This document shows positions 49,601 through 60,503 of a DNA stretch of 64,000 nt, piece by piece (the first letter of the stretch is position 1; the number at the start of each line of letters is the position of its first letter). The notes beneath the pieces are model-generated. The model worked only from the letters and a program-made list of their open reading frames with translations. It was not told the DNA's origin and searched no databases. The DNA is from Tubiluchus corallicola. Taxonomy: Eukaryota > Animalia > Priapulida. The position numbers were made by a program, and so were the translations under genes. The stretch is from positions 1 through 64,000 of the forward strand of contig JAQGDQ010000807.1 in NCBI GenBank assembly GCA_030141605.1, given 5' to 3'.

Positions 49601-52547
49601 TGCCTCCTTTTCCTGTTTACAAATCAATAAAAACTGTTCACACTGTAGTTTTAATGGTTGCCACAATCACATAACATTTCTTGGTACTTAAATTGTACAC
49701 ATTGTAGTTTTAATGGTTGCCACAATCACATAACATTTCTTGGTACTTAAATTGTACACATTGTAGTTTTAATGGTTACCACGAACATATCAGATGAGAG
49801 CTTTTTTACTTTTCTGGTCTTTAAATTGAAACTTTGCAGGCTGAAATGCTAAGTTCAAAAGTTAAGTCGAAAGTACTGTTAGGTTTAATCACATTCGCAT
49901 AAGCTGTCTTAAACTGTTTATAAATGGTTTCAAGATTTTATTAGTTTTACTTTTAGTTAAAGTAGCAACTTAAAGACATGTGCATTTTACGAGTTTATGA
50001 AATTCAAATAAACAAAATGTCAATACTAACATAAATAACGAAAACTGTTTGTTCGTAGTCATCAACTTCTAATGCAAGAAAATGTAGCCAGGATGAAAAA
50101 ATGAATACGCATAATCCTGTCAAAAGTTAGTGACGGTTTTACATAAAAATGCTGGTTTAAGTGTGTGTACCAAGGTTTGACTAAACATAACTTTATTGTG
50201 TAAACTAATAGATAATGAAGTCAAGGATAAGCTGTACAAGGCTAGTGCAGAGCGAAGGAAGATTGACCATGGTGTCCTTGCTAATATAGCTGTGCATCCT
50301 GATAGAATGCCATAAGAAAGGGACGAGGATCATTTTCTAACAGAATTGTTAATCAAGAAACAGAAAGAGTCGGAAGAAAAATGGGAAAATGCCAAGTGGA
50401 TCCAGAGGGGCAACAAAGTAATCAATGTACACACACAGGGAACCTAGCCTAGTGACTGGAAAAACCACCTGGGCGTACGATCTGTTCTTGATGATGATCA
50501 TTCAACTGTACATATTGTAAATAAGTTAAAAGTGCTATATTCTAATGATGATGCAATGTTTAGTTAACTTGAAATCTCCAGATATATTTTGCCTTACCGA
50601 GATTCTACCCAAAATCTGTAATTACTCAATGACCGAAAGTGAAATTAAGTTGGATAATTTTGATTTATCTATAAACTTTAGTGTAAGCAAACGTGGAATT
50701 GCGATTTTTGTAAGAAAGAACCTACGTGTAGTACCATGCATATTTGAGTTTGATTATCAATTTGATGAGAGTGTATGGTGTGAACTTGGTTTACATGGTA
50801 ATGATCGCTTAGTGATTGAATGTGTTTATTGGACACCAAACCATAGTTCTGTAAATAACATAAACATTTGTAATGCTATTGCTTCGCTGTGTTTATAAGA
50901 TTAAAACTAGCCATGCTTAAATGGTTGGACTTTTAATGCACCTAACGCTAACAGGGTGGATTGCATTTCTATGCTACCAGCTGATCACCAAAAGGCAATG
51001 CTTCTCGAGGCAGTGCATGATGCGTTTTAGTGTAACATCACAATAAACCTACACATTATAGAACAAACTGTGAACCTAGTTTAACTAATTTGGTGTTTAC
51101 CAATGAAGCAGACATGGTAGGTGACATTGAACATTTGAACCCTACTGGCATGAGTCATCATCATGTACTTTCCTTTGACTTTAATTACCAGGTTGAAAAC
51201 CCTCTAATACAATAATTTTGAAGGTATGAAAAGCAATTTAAGTAATGTTGGCTGGGAATTACTGCTTAGTAATACATCTGTTGACCAAGCCCGGGAATCA
51301 ATTGCAAACAAATTTGACGAAATACAGCAAAAACACAGTCCCGTGAAGGTTGTAGGAGGTAAAGATCACCCATGTAAGCCCAAATGGATGAACGACTATG
51401 TTCTTACTAAAGTTAGGGTCAAACAGACAGCATACCAAAAATGCATTGCTACTAGAGAACTATGTTGATTAAACTGGAGCACAAAATGAGGCCAAAACTG
51501 CTTCAAGGAATGTTATTACAAATTTAGAGAGAAAGTTGGCAACAGAAGTCAAGTCAAATCCGAAAGCATTTTATTCGTAAGTTGAAGACTATCTGTGGCC
51601 TAAAAGATCCTGTAACTGGTACACTTGTCGTTTCTAGTGCTGGCAAAACAGAACTTTCAAATAAGGTATTTTCTGATGTGTTTGCACGTGAAGATACGTC
51701 ATAGATACCGGATCCGGAACCATATCACCTAGTCTCTATGGTATATAGTTTGACTGTTCAGGAGGACTGGGTCCTAGATGAACTACTAGCTACTAATCCT
51801 AATAAATCATGTGGACTTGGTGATATGTGCCGTATTAGCTTAAAAGAGATGGCACATGACTTATACTTACCTCTTTGTCAAATTTTGAATTTATCATTGC
51901 ATTCACGAGTTACACCCTATGCGAAGCAAGCAAATGTTACACCGATTTTCAAGAAAGGATCCGAAATGTCACTGTCTCTGCCACATGGTGTTTTTCAGTA
52001 AATTTTGTGTTGTACTGATATGGTCACTGATGTTTTTGGAATCAACTAACAATCAGCCTAAAGTACCACGGACTAACGCCATTGCTGTGGATATGGTAAA
52101 AATTAAAAATGGTAAAAAATAGTACACATTTATTTATCTTACCTATACAAGCTGTTTTTGGTTTGCTCGGTATATTTATTCATATGATATTACAGTGAAT
52201 TGCAACTAGCTTTATCATTCTACGTAACAGTAATGCTTGATCATCCATCGTGTAAACAGTGTATTTTTCGTTTAGCATGTGTCGTAAACGAATACGTTCT
52301 TGTACCGAACTTTGAATGAACATAGCTGTAAAACGCAAACGGTATCTTCTCGTTTAGCATATGTCGTAAACGTAAATGTTTAACACATTCAGTAAAGGTG
52401 ACTGATATCGAATGATACTGATAGCATGATCTAACGAAATGGAGGGCAGGAATACTGTGGACACACAGAACCTTTAGCTGTAAATACACATACTTACAAA
52501 AAGACTTAATTGTTGATAAATGAAACTTTACCTTTATTCTTTGGCAT
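46603..52547 (-). CDS. EIF1A: Eukaryotic translation initiation factor 1A, 144 aa
   Basis: Exons 52547-52532, 49612-49529, 49146-49043, 48707-48575, 47531-47440, 46608-46603 (16+84+104+133+92+6=435 nt, GT-AG, phases consistent). Reads [144 protein letters not shown]. Confidence 0.97.
47771..48104. mobile_element. hAT (Charlie-like) MITE, 334 bp, in eIF1A intron 4
   Basis: TIRs CAGGGGTCCCCAAA / TTTGGAGATTCCTG; 8-bp TSD GTATATCA / GTATAACA (7/8 match). Confidence 0.75.
49644..49782. repeat. 59-bp tandem repeat, ~2.4 near-identical copies, in eIF1A intron 1
   Basis: TGTAGTTTTAATGGTT recurs at 49644, 49703 and 49762. Confidence 0.9.
50100..51965 (+). mobile_element. Degraded CR1-type LINE (ORF1 end, APE endonuclease, start of RT), antisense in eIF1A intron 1
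   Basis: [70 protein letters not shown]; many stops. Confidence 0.8.
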
Positions 52548-52609
52548 TCTCAGAAATTCTTGTGTATTACAACTGCTGAAGATCTTTATATAAATTAACG
52601 TAATGTCAG

Positions 52610-52702
52610 AAAAACGCCATTATCGAAGTAAACACTAAACAACGCAGAAATTTTACGCAATAAAAACTGCTCATGTGTTTTTGAGTCGCCATCTGTTGCC
52701 TA
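52610..52702 (-). promoter_or_regulatory. eIF1A proximal promoter region with YY1-like (ATGGCG) and CTCF-like (GCAACAGATGGCGAC) motifs
   Basis: CGCCAT at ~52615 and GTCGCCATCTGTTGC at ~52685-52699, 70-150 bp upstream of the ATG; motif resemblance only. Confidence 0.3.
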
Positions 52703-52725
52703 GCATAGGAAATTGCTGGTTGTGT

Positions 52726-54459
52726 TAGGGTTGCCAGGCTCAGCCTTTTAGGTTCAATTTGCTCTTTTTGTCTACGTTTGGACGATGAATTTTGGGTTTG
52801 GACTTTTGCTCAATGCTCACCTTTTTGGCCTTTTTTGTTTAGCTTACAAGAATATTAATTTTTGCAAATTGTTTGCATTTTTAACTATGTACATTTTAAC
52901 TATATTTTTAAACTCACAGATCAAGATTAACAATGTTGTTATTTTTGAAATGATATTATCACAATACGTGGCTTGAAAATGGAAAGAAATGCATACTACT
53001 TCGCAAAACTTGTAATTTGTTTAATATTCAGCATTCACTACATTTCATTAAAATTTTATCCACTGCATGTATATATAGAATTTTAAAAAATTGTAATTAA
53101 ATTTTTCATTAGCATCATTAGTGTTGTTTTAAGGCCTTTGCTGCATATCAGTGAGCTGGCTTGGTTCAGTGAATTTAACAGTATGATATAATTATTATAT
53201 GTATAGTAATTTACTGTAGTCTAATTAAGATGTACACGTAGATGAGATTTCCTGAAGCATAAGTAATTTGCATGAAAACAAATTTTGAATAAAAGATTGC
53301 GAATCGTTCGCGGCATTTTTATAATGAAAATTTGAAATGTGAACATGTGTAATATGAAATATGAAAACTTATTAAAAAATTAATGAAGGAATTCTCAAAA
53401 AAACTTCTCACCTATGCGTACTATAATTTAACTATTATGGCTCAAAAATCTTTTTTTAATGAGTTATATAACAATTTGCCTGTAGATAATTATTTTTTTG
53501 TTTTTTTAAACAAAAGCCAAAGGCATAAGCTGGCATTTTAAACCAGAAGCATAGAAAAAGTTGGTGTAGGGAGCCGAGTGGACCACTGAGCCAAGTAGAC
53601 CAATTTGGGCTGCCCAAGTAGGACACTAGAGACAGGTCGCGAAATGAGTTGTTAAGTGTACTGGCACCGTCCTTGTTTATGTAATATTAATAATTAAAAA
53701 CGTCAATACACGTTGAATAATTTTTTATACATCTGAGAAAATAAAAGAATTTTATTCTGAGCTGGTAGAACAGACAATATTAAATTTGGCTTTGTTATTA
53801 ATGTTGTTGAAGTGAAATAAACCCACTTTTTATGCGATTTCAACATTTGTTTAAGGTATATCATATTTTATTTTGTCTCGCTTCACAGACAGAACACTAC
53901 CTCTTGTATAAATAATTGTTTTCTCCTAAGTAAACGTTCTAGCGGCCTATGTGCCCTACACGAGCCATATACAACAGTGTCCAACATGTTGCAGTATTAT
54001 TGATATTATTAAAACTAATTGTCTTTGATTTTCCTAAAAAGTTAAAAATTACTTTTTCGTGTTGTGAAGGCTTAGCAGCATCTGTCTTATTTTTAAACTT
54101 GCAGTTATTTCTGTAATAACTGTGTGCATAATTTCTCTTGTAAAACCACTAGATACAGAGTCTAATGTTACGATGATTTTAATGGAGCTAATAATACTGA
54201 TGATACTGGTGTAAAAAATACATTAATTTTGTAAATTGTCATCCATCATTATTATAAAGTTACTTTTTCGTTTTATGGTTTATTATGGTCCTTATAATTC
54301 TCGATTCTCGACAAAAATGGCTAGTGTCCTACTTGGGCTGCCCATGTAGGACACTACTTTTAGCGCATCGGTTTTACCGGAAGTGGTCTACTTGGCTCAG
54401 TGGTCCACTCGGCTCCCTACAGTTGGACTATATTTAAATGCCTCAGTCTGGCAACCCTG
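52726..54459. mobile_element. hAT-like non-autonomous element hosting the nested element below
   Basis: TIRs TAGGGTTGCCAGGCTCAG / CTCAGTCTGGCAACCCTG; TSD degenerate. Confidence 0.6.
53565..54421. mobile_element. Young 857-bp non-autonomous DNA transposon with 38-bp perfect TIRs
   Basis: TGTAGGGAGCCGAGTGGACCACTGAGCCAAGTAGACCA at both ends, inverted; direct GTTGG at 53560-53564 and 54422-54426; subterminal CCCAAGTAGGACACTAG motifs. Confidence 0.85.
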
Positions 54460-55493
54460 TTGTTGTTGGCTGTTGAGTGATTAAACTTAGGAAAGATTTT
54501 GACAAAGTTTGCTTTTATTCATGTGTACAAAGCTACTATCATCTAATGACGAGCTTGAAGTGTAGAAGCCAGGTTGTGGTAAATGAAATAAAAGCTATAT
54601 TGTGATAAGAGCTCTGATTGAGAGGCGCCATTCACAAAGCAAAGTGTAATTATTTGTGTTAATACTAGTAGATAGATAGATAATTTTATGTCGCACACAT
54701 GGTCCAATACAGTAATAACATAAAATAACCAATGGAATTGAACCAAACGCGAGGGCAACGTACGACCACGGGGTCCTTAAACCGTCCTTTACACGTTGCT
54801 CTTATTTAAGGATTAATGAATTTGCAGTGGTTAGATGACAATGTGAAGAGAAGGCAGTATTAACTGTTTTAAGTAAAATCTAATTTAACTGTAATAAAAG
54901 ATACAAATTTGTAAAAGTCTTTGAAACCAAAGATTTCCTAAAAATTAATTTTACTTCATAATTATTATATGTTATGTTATTTATGAACAAGAACCTTACA
55001 ATTTTGTATGCCTACAATGAAATATGTCACTTTAAAGTAATGCATTATCAAATGTGTGACTTACTGTTTTAGCATTGTATTAATTATTGCAATGTACATT
55101 TTGAATGAACGTTTTCGCACTGTCTACTAATATTATAACTCCCAACTCCTGTTGTTTCTTTCATAGTCTTTAACTTGAGTGAATTTGTGAAAGTGTTTCC
55201 AGAATGAGGGCTAAGTACAGAAACAACTAAGTTGAAGTGCACGTGCAGAAAAAGCACTCATGTCTTTTAGACAAAGTTCAAGAAAGTATAGTAACTGTAA
55301 TTGTAAAATTAAATATGATATAAAGATGTAAGTGAAGGGAAGTAGAAGGAAAACTGGCAAGAGAATGACACCAAATGACTAAGATGTACACTTTAAACTA
55401 TTTTTACGAGCCCACATATTTTGCAATTAAGTAAAAATGCCTATCATAGAAAACTTTAAGATTATATTTTGCACACATAATTAAGAAGGAGAC

Positions 55494-56668
55494 TGTGATG
55501 ATCGGTTATACCATCCATCATTGTCGCAACACCTATTTTGATATATCTTTCATATGTTGTTGTGTGTGCATAAATAATGATCTAATTACTTTATTGATTT
55601 ATTGCACTGTTTATTTAAATTTATATTACATTGTGTGTTTTTTGTAAGATTTTGACACCAGATGGCTCTGGCCGCTTATTTCTCTGCTTACCTGTAATTA
55701 GGTTACCTGAAAATTCGAATACCAAATGGCTTCAACCTGTTTTGGGATCTTACTACAGAGTTTGTGTTTTACACAAGTTATGTTCTGACTGTCGAAGTTA
55801 CAGGGTGGTGGAGTTTTGCTTGTTAGTCCACATCCTGTGGTTATTTTATATGGTTGAACACCAAGTTTGGTGTGAACCTGTCTTTAATGGTACTCGTATG
55901 CAGTGAGATGATTTGTCACAAAGACAATGGTTTTGTCTACTTTAGTTTATTCGTTGTTTGCTGTGATGACACTGTCTTGACATTCCAAGAAGCAAGTGTT
56001 TGGTAACCATATTTCTACCTGCAGAATAGGACTCAAATTCTCGCTGAATAGTAGTGGGAAACCAGTAGAGGACCAGTTATACCTGGACCAATGGTCTGCT
56101 GTTCGTCTGAACTAAAGGTTCTGTTTGTCACCCTGCAAAAAGGACGATATGGAAGGCTGAGGCAACCAGGTACGAGTTCAACCGCTGAATTGCTGGAGCA
56201 GTTTTAAAGCATGGTCCATGCAGAGGCTGGGTTGATGACCACTGGTAAAGAACTGCTGGCGAGGACGTGGCTGACTGCTGGAGATGAAAAGCTGGTGTGG
56301 TGTGGTGGAAGACTCAAGAGCGTGGTTGATAGATCCAAAAGCCTGATGAGAGACAGAAGCGTAGCCGGCCAACGTTACTTTTGGGGGAATTAGGTATTGT
56401 TGGAAATTGTTATCAATTTAATTTGCTATTGTTGTTTCACAGATTAAATTCTTAATCTAAATATTAGCTTTTAGTTCCGTTGTCGTTCTGATTAAATAAT
56501 TTGCACGTGCACACAAGTGTTTCACCAGTGACGCGAATTCACGTAGCCTACACAAATGAATGATTATCCTGTAGATTTAGCATATAAAAGTGACGGAAAC
56601 GCTCGAGAACCCTGAACACAGTACTCTGATTTCTTAACGTCCTGACTTAATTATTACACGGCGTCACA
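55494..56668 (+). repeat. 5' LTR (1175 bp)
   Basis: TGTGATG...CGTCACA; near-identical to the 3' LTR. Confidence 0.95.
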
Positions 56669-56671
56669 ATT

Positions 56672-56689
56672 TGGTGTCAGAAGTGGGAT
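56672..56689 (+). other. Primer binding site complementary to the tRNA-Leu 3' end
   Basis: TGGTGTCAGAAGTGGGAT, 3 nt after the 5' LTR. Confidence 0.85.
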
Positions 56690-57292
56690 AATTAAGGCCT
56701 GTCACTGAATGAAACCGCTGTGCAGATTGTTTATTCTGTTTATTGTTAAAAAATAGCATCTCTGCCCTTTGTAGAACTGATAATATAATATTTCTACTGA
56801 GTAAGCTTTGAACTTTTGACACTTGTGTTGACCATGCTGTAGGTATAAATTTCTCTGCACAAGAAACCAGTTAGTAGTTTCATTGCAGTAGGAGATTTCG
56901 AACTATAGGTAAACTAGGTCACATTGTCTGGCTGTGAAGTGCATGCGACGCAAAAGCTTGTTTACGAATTGGTGAGCCCTAGTAATATATTGAACGGCTT
57001 ATAACTTCCTGTTCGGTTCGGGACTTATTTTTGCATAGTACTAGCTGTATGTAATCTGAGCAATTTGCTTGCGTACAGAGTGAGAGTAGAGTAAAAGAAA
57101 CCACGTGAGTGGTGAATAAATTTTCACAAGTGTAATAGCAAAGTTAAAACGAAACAAAACGCAAATAAATACTTTGCAAAGAAAATAATTACATAGAATA
57201 TACTACTATAAACAAAATACAGTTGCACATAGTATTTGACTGCTGTATCAACACCTTATTAAATTAAAAATAAAACGAAACGGTAAATTACC

Positions 57293-60226
57293 ATGGCAGC
57301 AAACGCATACACTGAAAACGAGTTAAATATTTTAAAAGTGTCGCAGCTAAAACAAATTATAGCTGAACGCGGAATTACAGTTGCCTCAACAGCGACTAAA
57401 CCTGTTTTAATAGCTGCTATTCTACAAGCTCAGCTTCCTTTGAATATGACGCAACCTGCGCTAACACAAGCAATTCAAGGCCTTGGTGATGCGGACCTGG
57501 ACCCGGGTACATATGTTGAAGCTAATTTAAATGCAGCAACTCCCGTGGACCCTATTTCAGGTGGCGTGAAAATGAAGCCAACTGTGGCAACGAGGTTAGA
57601 ACACACACCTCCGCCCGACTTGTCATTTATGCCAGACGACATAACTGAGGGAATGCAGCAATTACCCCCTTCAGAGAGGTATTCAGTTATGATTACACTG
57701 GAAAAGCTACGCAGCGAAGAGTGTCGAGCTGTCAAACAGATGGAGATGCAAATGCAGATGGACAAAGAGTTACGTATTAAGCAACTTGAACATCAGGAAC
57801 GGGTGGAGCTTGAAAAATTGCGTGCCGAACTTGCACGAATTGAAGTCGCACCTACTTTATTACAGGTCGCAAACCCTTCATCTCCTGATAACCCGCAATT
57901 GCATGCACCCATCCAGCGTATCAAAATGAGGGTCTTTGATGAAAACGCTGAAGACATCGACGATTTCTTAAGTCAGTTTGAATCAACTGCAGCTGCAAAT
58001 AAGCTTCCTCAGGACGTATATGCAGCATCTTTAGGGCCTGCACTCACCGGGAAAGCTTCCATTGCTTTTCACCAAATACCGCCTGAGCAAATGAGCAACT
58101 ACGATGCTGTGAAGAAAGCACTTTTGGCAGCATATGTATTAACCAGCGAGAGCTACTTGAAACATTTTCGTGCTATAAAAAAGAGGGCCAATGAGACTTT
58201 TCAGCAAGTTGGCAGAAGACTTGTTCGTGCCTACAATGAGTACAGAAATGCAGAAGATGCTGACTCTGTAGATAAAGTTGTGGAATTGGTCTGTAAGGAA
58301 CAAGTCTTAACACTGATGTCACGCGACATGTGTGAATGGGCCCGGAGGCAGGATCTTCATTCCTTCGGTGATGTTGTTGAAAAAGCAGACTTGTACCAAG
58401 CATCTGTGATGTCGATACAGGGTGGCCTAAAAGTCATGCAACCTCACACATTTAAGATAGGATTGAAGCTGCCAATGCACGATGGTAGTAGCTCAGCAAG
58501 AGGAAGAAGAAGCACATATAATGGATCTAATGTGAAGTGCTATTCCTGCGGTGAGTTGGGACACAAAAGAAATCAATGCAGAAGAAGCATGGCAGGTGCT
58601 GAAGCCACCGGGAAAGGCAGAAGCACGATGGGTCGGAATTTTTTAGCTAAAGGTGATGCTAAGAAGACCCAGGAAGGTGGTTCAAGAAAAACCACAAAGA
58701 AGTTGCGCAACATTATTGTATCTTCTGAAGATGAATATTGCTGCTGGGCATCTGTGAATGGCAAGAATGTGAAATGCATGCGCGACACTGGGGCATGCAC
58801 TAGCCTTGTTCACCCAGATCTGGTAAGGCCAGAGCAATATGTTGATGAGTCAACCAGGACGATTAAGTGTGTACATGGAGATTCCAAGGAAGTACGCATG
58901 GCTATTGTGGAGGTTGAAAGTCCGATGGTCAGTGGATATTTGACAGTGGCTGTCTCTGGTGACCTTCCAGTTGACTTCTTACTTGGTAATGACTTTCGGA
59001 CGGCCGTTACTCCATTCCCGGCAAAGAGGAGTAAGAACTTCCAGTGTGTACCGAAACCAGCTTCAACACCTACTGTGGCCAACATGGATTCCTCCTGCCA
59101 ACTTAAAAAGCATGCTATGAAGCAGGATGAAAACAGTAGTGGTGACAAGCTGCACACGGCATTAGTTGTTACACGCAGTAAAGCTGCGAAACTGCAAAAC
59201 CTTGAGGAAAGAGACAGGACCCTCCAACAAGAGTTTTTGCAAGACAAAACCAAAGCACCTCTACTGACTGAGCACGAGTCAAAGCAAAACCAAATGCACC
59301 TGACTGAGCTCAGTAAATCCCAGTTACACCAAGAACAAGTAGATGATGTAACTTTAAGGAACTTACGCGACAATGCACGCACTGAAGAAATTGTGCGGAA
59401 AGAAGGCAAAGGCTACTATCTTCGTGAAGGAGTACTTTATTACCTGGCACGTGAGCGTCCTAGCCTAGAACCACGAGAACTACTGGTTGTGCCTAAGACA
59501 AGGAGACTAGAGGTGCTCTCCCTGGCACATGATGATAAGATGGCTGGACATTTAGGCATTAGAAAAACTACTAAACGAGTACTGCAGGAATATACTTGGC
59601 CACAACCCAACAAGATTCTACGTATACACAACTTCCCACGTCCAAACATACACAAAACAAGAAACAAGTACGGGCCTACTTGGGTCTTGTTGGCTTCAAC
59701 CGTAGGTTCATTCCTATGTTCAGTACCAAGGCTGCTGCTCTTTTTGAGCTACTTGAGAAAACCAAAGTTGAGTGGACAGAAGCCTGCGAGCGGAGTTTTG
59801 TGGAATTGCAAGACTGCCTTGGCTCCGACACTGTTACACTCTCCAGATTTCATGAAGCCTTTTATACTGACTACTGATGCATCTTTGAGTGATGTAGGTG
59901 GTGTACTATCCCAAGAACAAAGTGAACATGGCGAAGTACCTATAACATACCTCAGCAGAAAATTAACTGTTACTGAGCGTAATTACAGTGTGGTAGAAGT
60001 GGAGTGTTTAGCAGTTGTATACTGTGTGGAGAAGTTGAGATACTTTCTGGAAGGGCGGCATTTTACTATACGAACTGACCAGCGCAGCTTGTTGGCCCTT
60101 CCTCGCATTAAGCGTAATAACCGCCGGTTGTGTCACTGGTCGCTCATTCTTCAGGAATACTCTTACACGGTGGAGAATATTCCGGGAAGAATGAATGTTG
60201 TGGCGGATGCACTTTCACGCCTATAA
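57293..60226 (+). CDS. Gag-protease-(truncated integrase/RT)-RNase H polyprotein, 977 aa
   Basis: Helical N-terminal domain, capsid-like region, CYSCGELGHKRNQC knuckle, protease RDTGA, integrase N-terminal LAHDDKMAGHLGIRKT...YTWP, RNase H TDAS...ECLA...TDQRSL...ADALSR; no YxDD and no integrase DDE core. Confidence 0.9.
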   Translation: MAANAYTENELNILKVSQLKQIIAERGITVASTATKPVLIAAILQAQLPLNMTQPALTQAIQGLGDADLDPGTYVEANLNAATPVDPISGGVKMKPTVATRLEHTPPPDLSFMPDDITEGMQQLPPSERYSVMITLEKLRSEECRAVKQMEMQMQMDKELRIKQLEHQERVELEKLRAELARIEVAPTLLQVANPSSPDNPQLHAPIQRIKMRVFDENAEDIDDFLSQFESTAAANKLPQDVYAASLGPALTGKASIAFHQIPPEQMSNYDAVKKALLAAYVLTSESYLKHFRAIKKRANETFQQVGRRLVRAYNEYRNAEDADSVDKVVELVCKEQVLTLMSRDMCEWARRQDLHSFGDVVEKADLYQASVMSIQGGLKVMQPHTFKIGLKLPMHDGSSSARGRRSTYNGSNVKCYSCGELGHKRNQCRRSMAGAEATGKGRSTMGRNFLAKGDAKKTQEGGSRKTTKKLRNIIVSSEDEYCCWASVNGKNVKCMRDTGACTSLVHPDLVRPEQYVDESTRTIKCVHGDSKEVRMAIVEVESPMVSGYLTVAVSGDLPVDFLLGNDFRTAVTPFPAKRSKNFQCVPKPASTPTVANMDSSCQLKKHAMKQDENSSGDKLHTALVVTRSKAAKLQNLEERDRTLQQEFLQDKTKAPLLTEHESKQNQMHLTELSKSQLHQEQVDDVTLRNLRDNARTEEIVRKEGKGYYLREGVLYYLARERPSLEPRELLVVPKTRRLEVLSLAHDDKMAGHLGIRKTTKRVLQEYTWPQPNKILRIHNFPRPNIHKTRNKYGPTWVLLASTVGSFLCSVPRLLLFLSYLRKPKLSGQKPASGVLWNCKTALAPTLLHSPDFMKPFILTTDASLSDVGGVLSQEQSEHGEVPITYLSRKLTVTERNYSVVEVECLAVVYCVEKLRYFLEGRHFTIRTDQRSLLALPRIKRNNRRLCHWSLILQEYSYTVENIPGRMNVVADALSRL

Positions 60227-60485
60227 ATTTTGCCTAATTTTGATAGTTTTATACGAAGAAATTGTTTTTCCAATTAAACAATATAAAGCCTTTAAAAGTG
60301 AAATGGCAGAAGTAAAGTCGTTTATTGTGTTATTTGTAGATTTATTTTGTATCAGTATTGATTGAAGTTGCTTCTCGGAGTAATTAAGATAGCCCATTTA
60401 GTTAGCAAATCATTGTTTAGCTTTTATTTTCTTCAATTGTTTCAATATAGGTGTCGCTATGTTGTGAAAACTCCTTCAAAGTTTT

Positions 60486-60498
60486 AAAAGGAGAGAGA
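60486..60498 (+). other. Polypurine tract
   Basis: AAAAGGAGAGAGA just before the 3' LTR. Confidence 0.8.
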
Positions 60499-60503
60499 TG
60501 CTA

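Noticed and set aside
49644-49782. CRISPR-like array
   Set aside because: Head-to-tail tandem repeat with no unique spacers, in a eukaryotic intron with no cas genes.
55631-56393. Small ORFs repeated at 60641-61417
   Set aside because: Duplicated only because they lie within the LTRs; no recognisable protein features.
57293-60226. Domesticated Gag-derived host gene
   Set aside because: Flanked by near-identical LTRs, PBS, PPT and TSD, so it is a recent insertion rather than an old co-opted gene.
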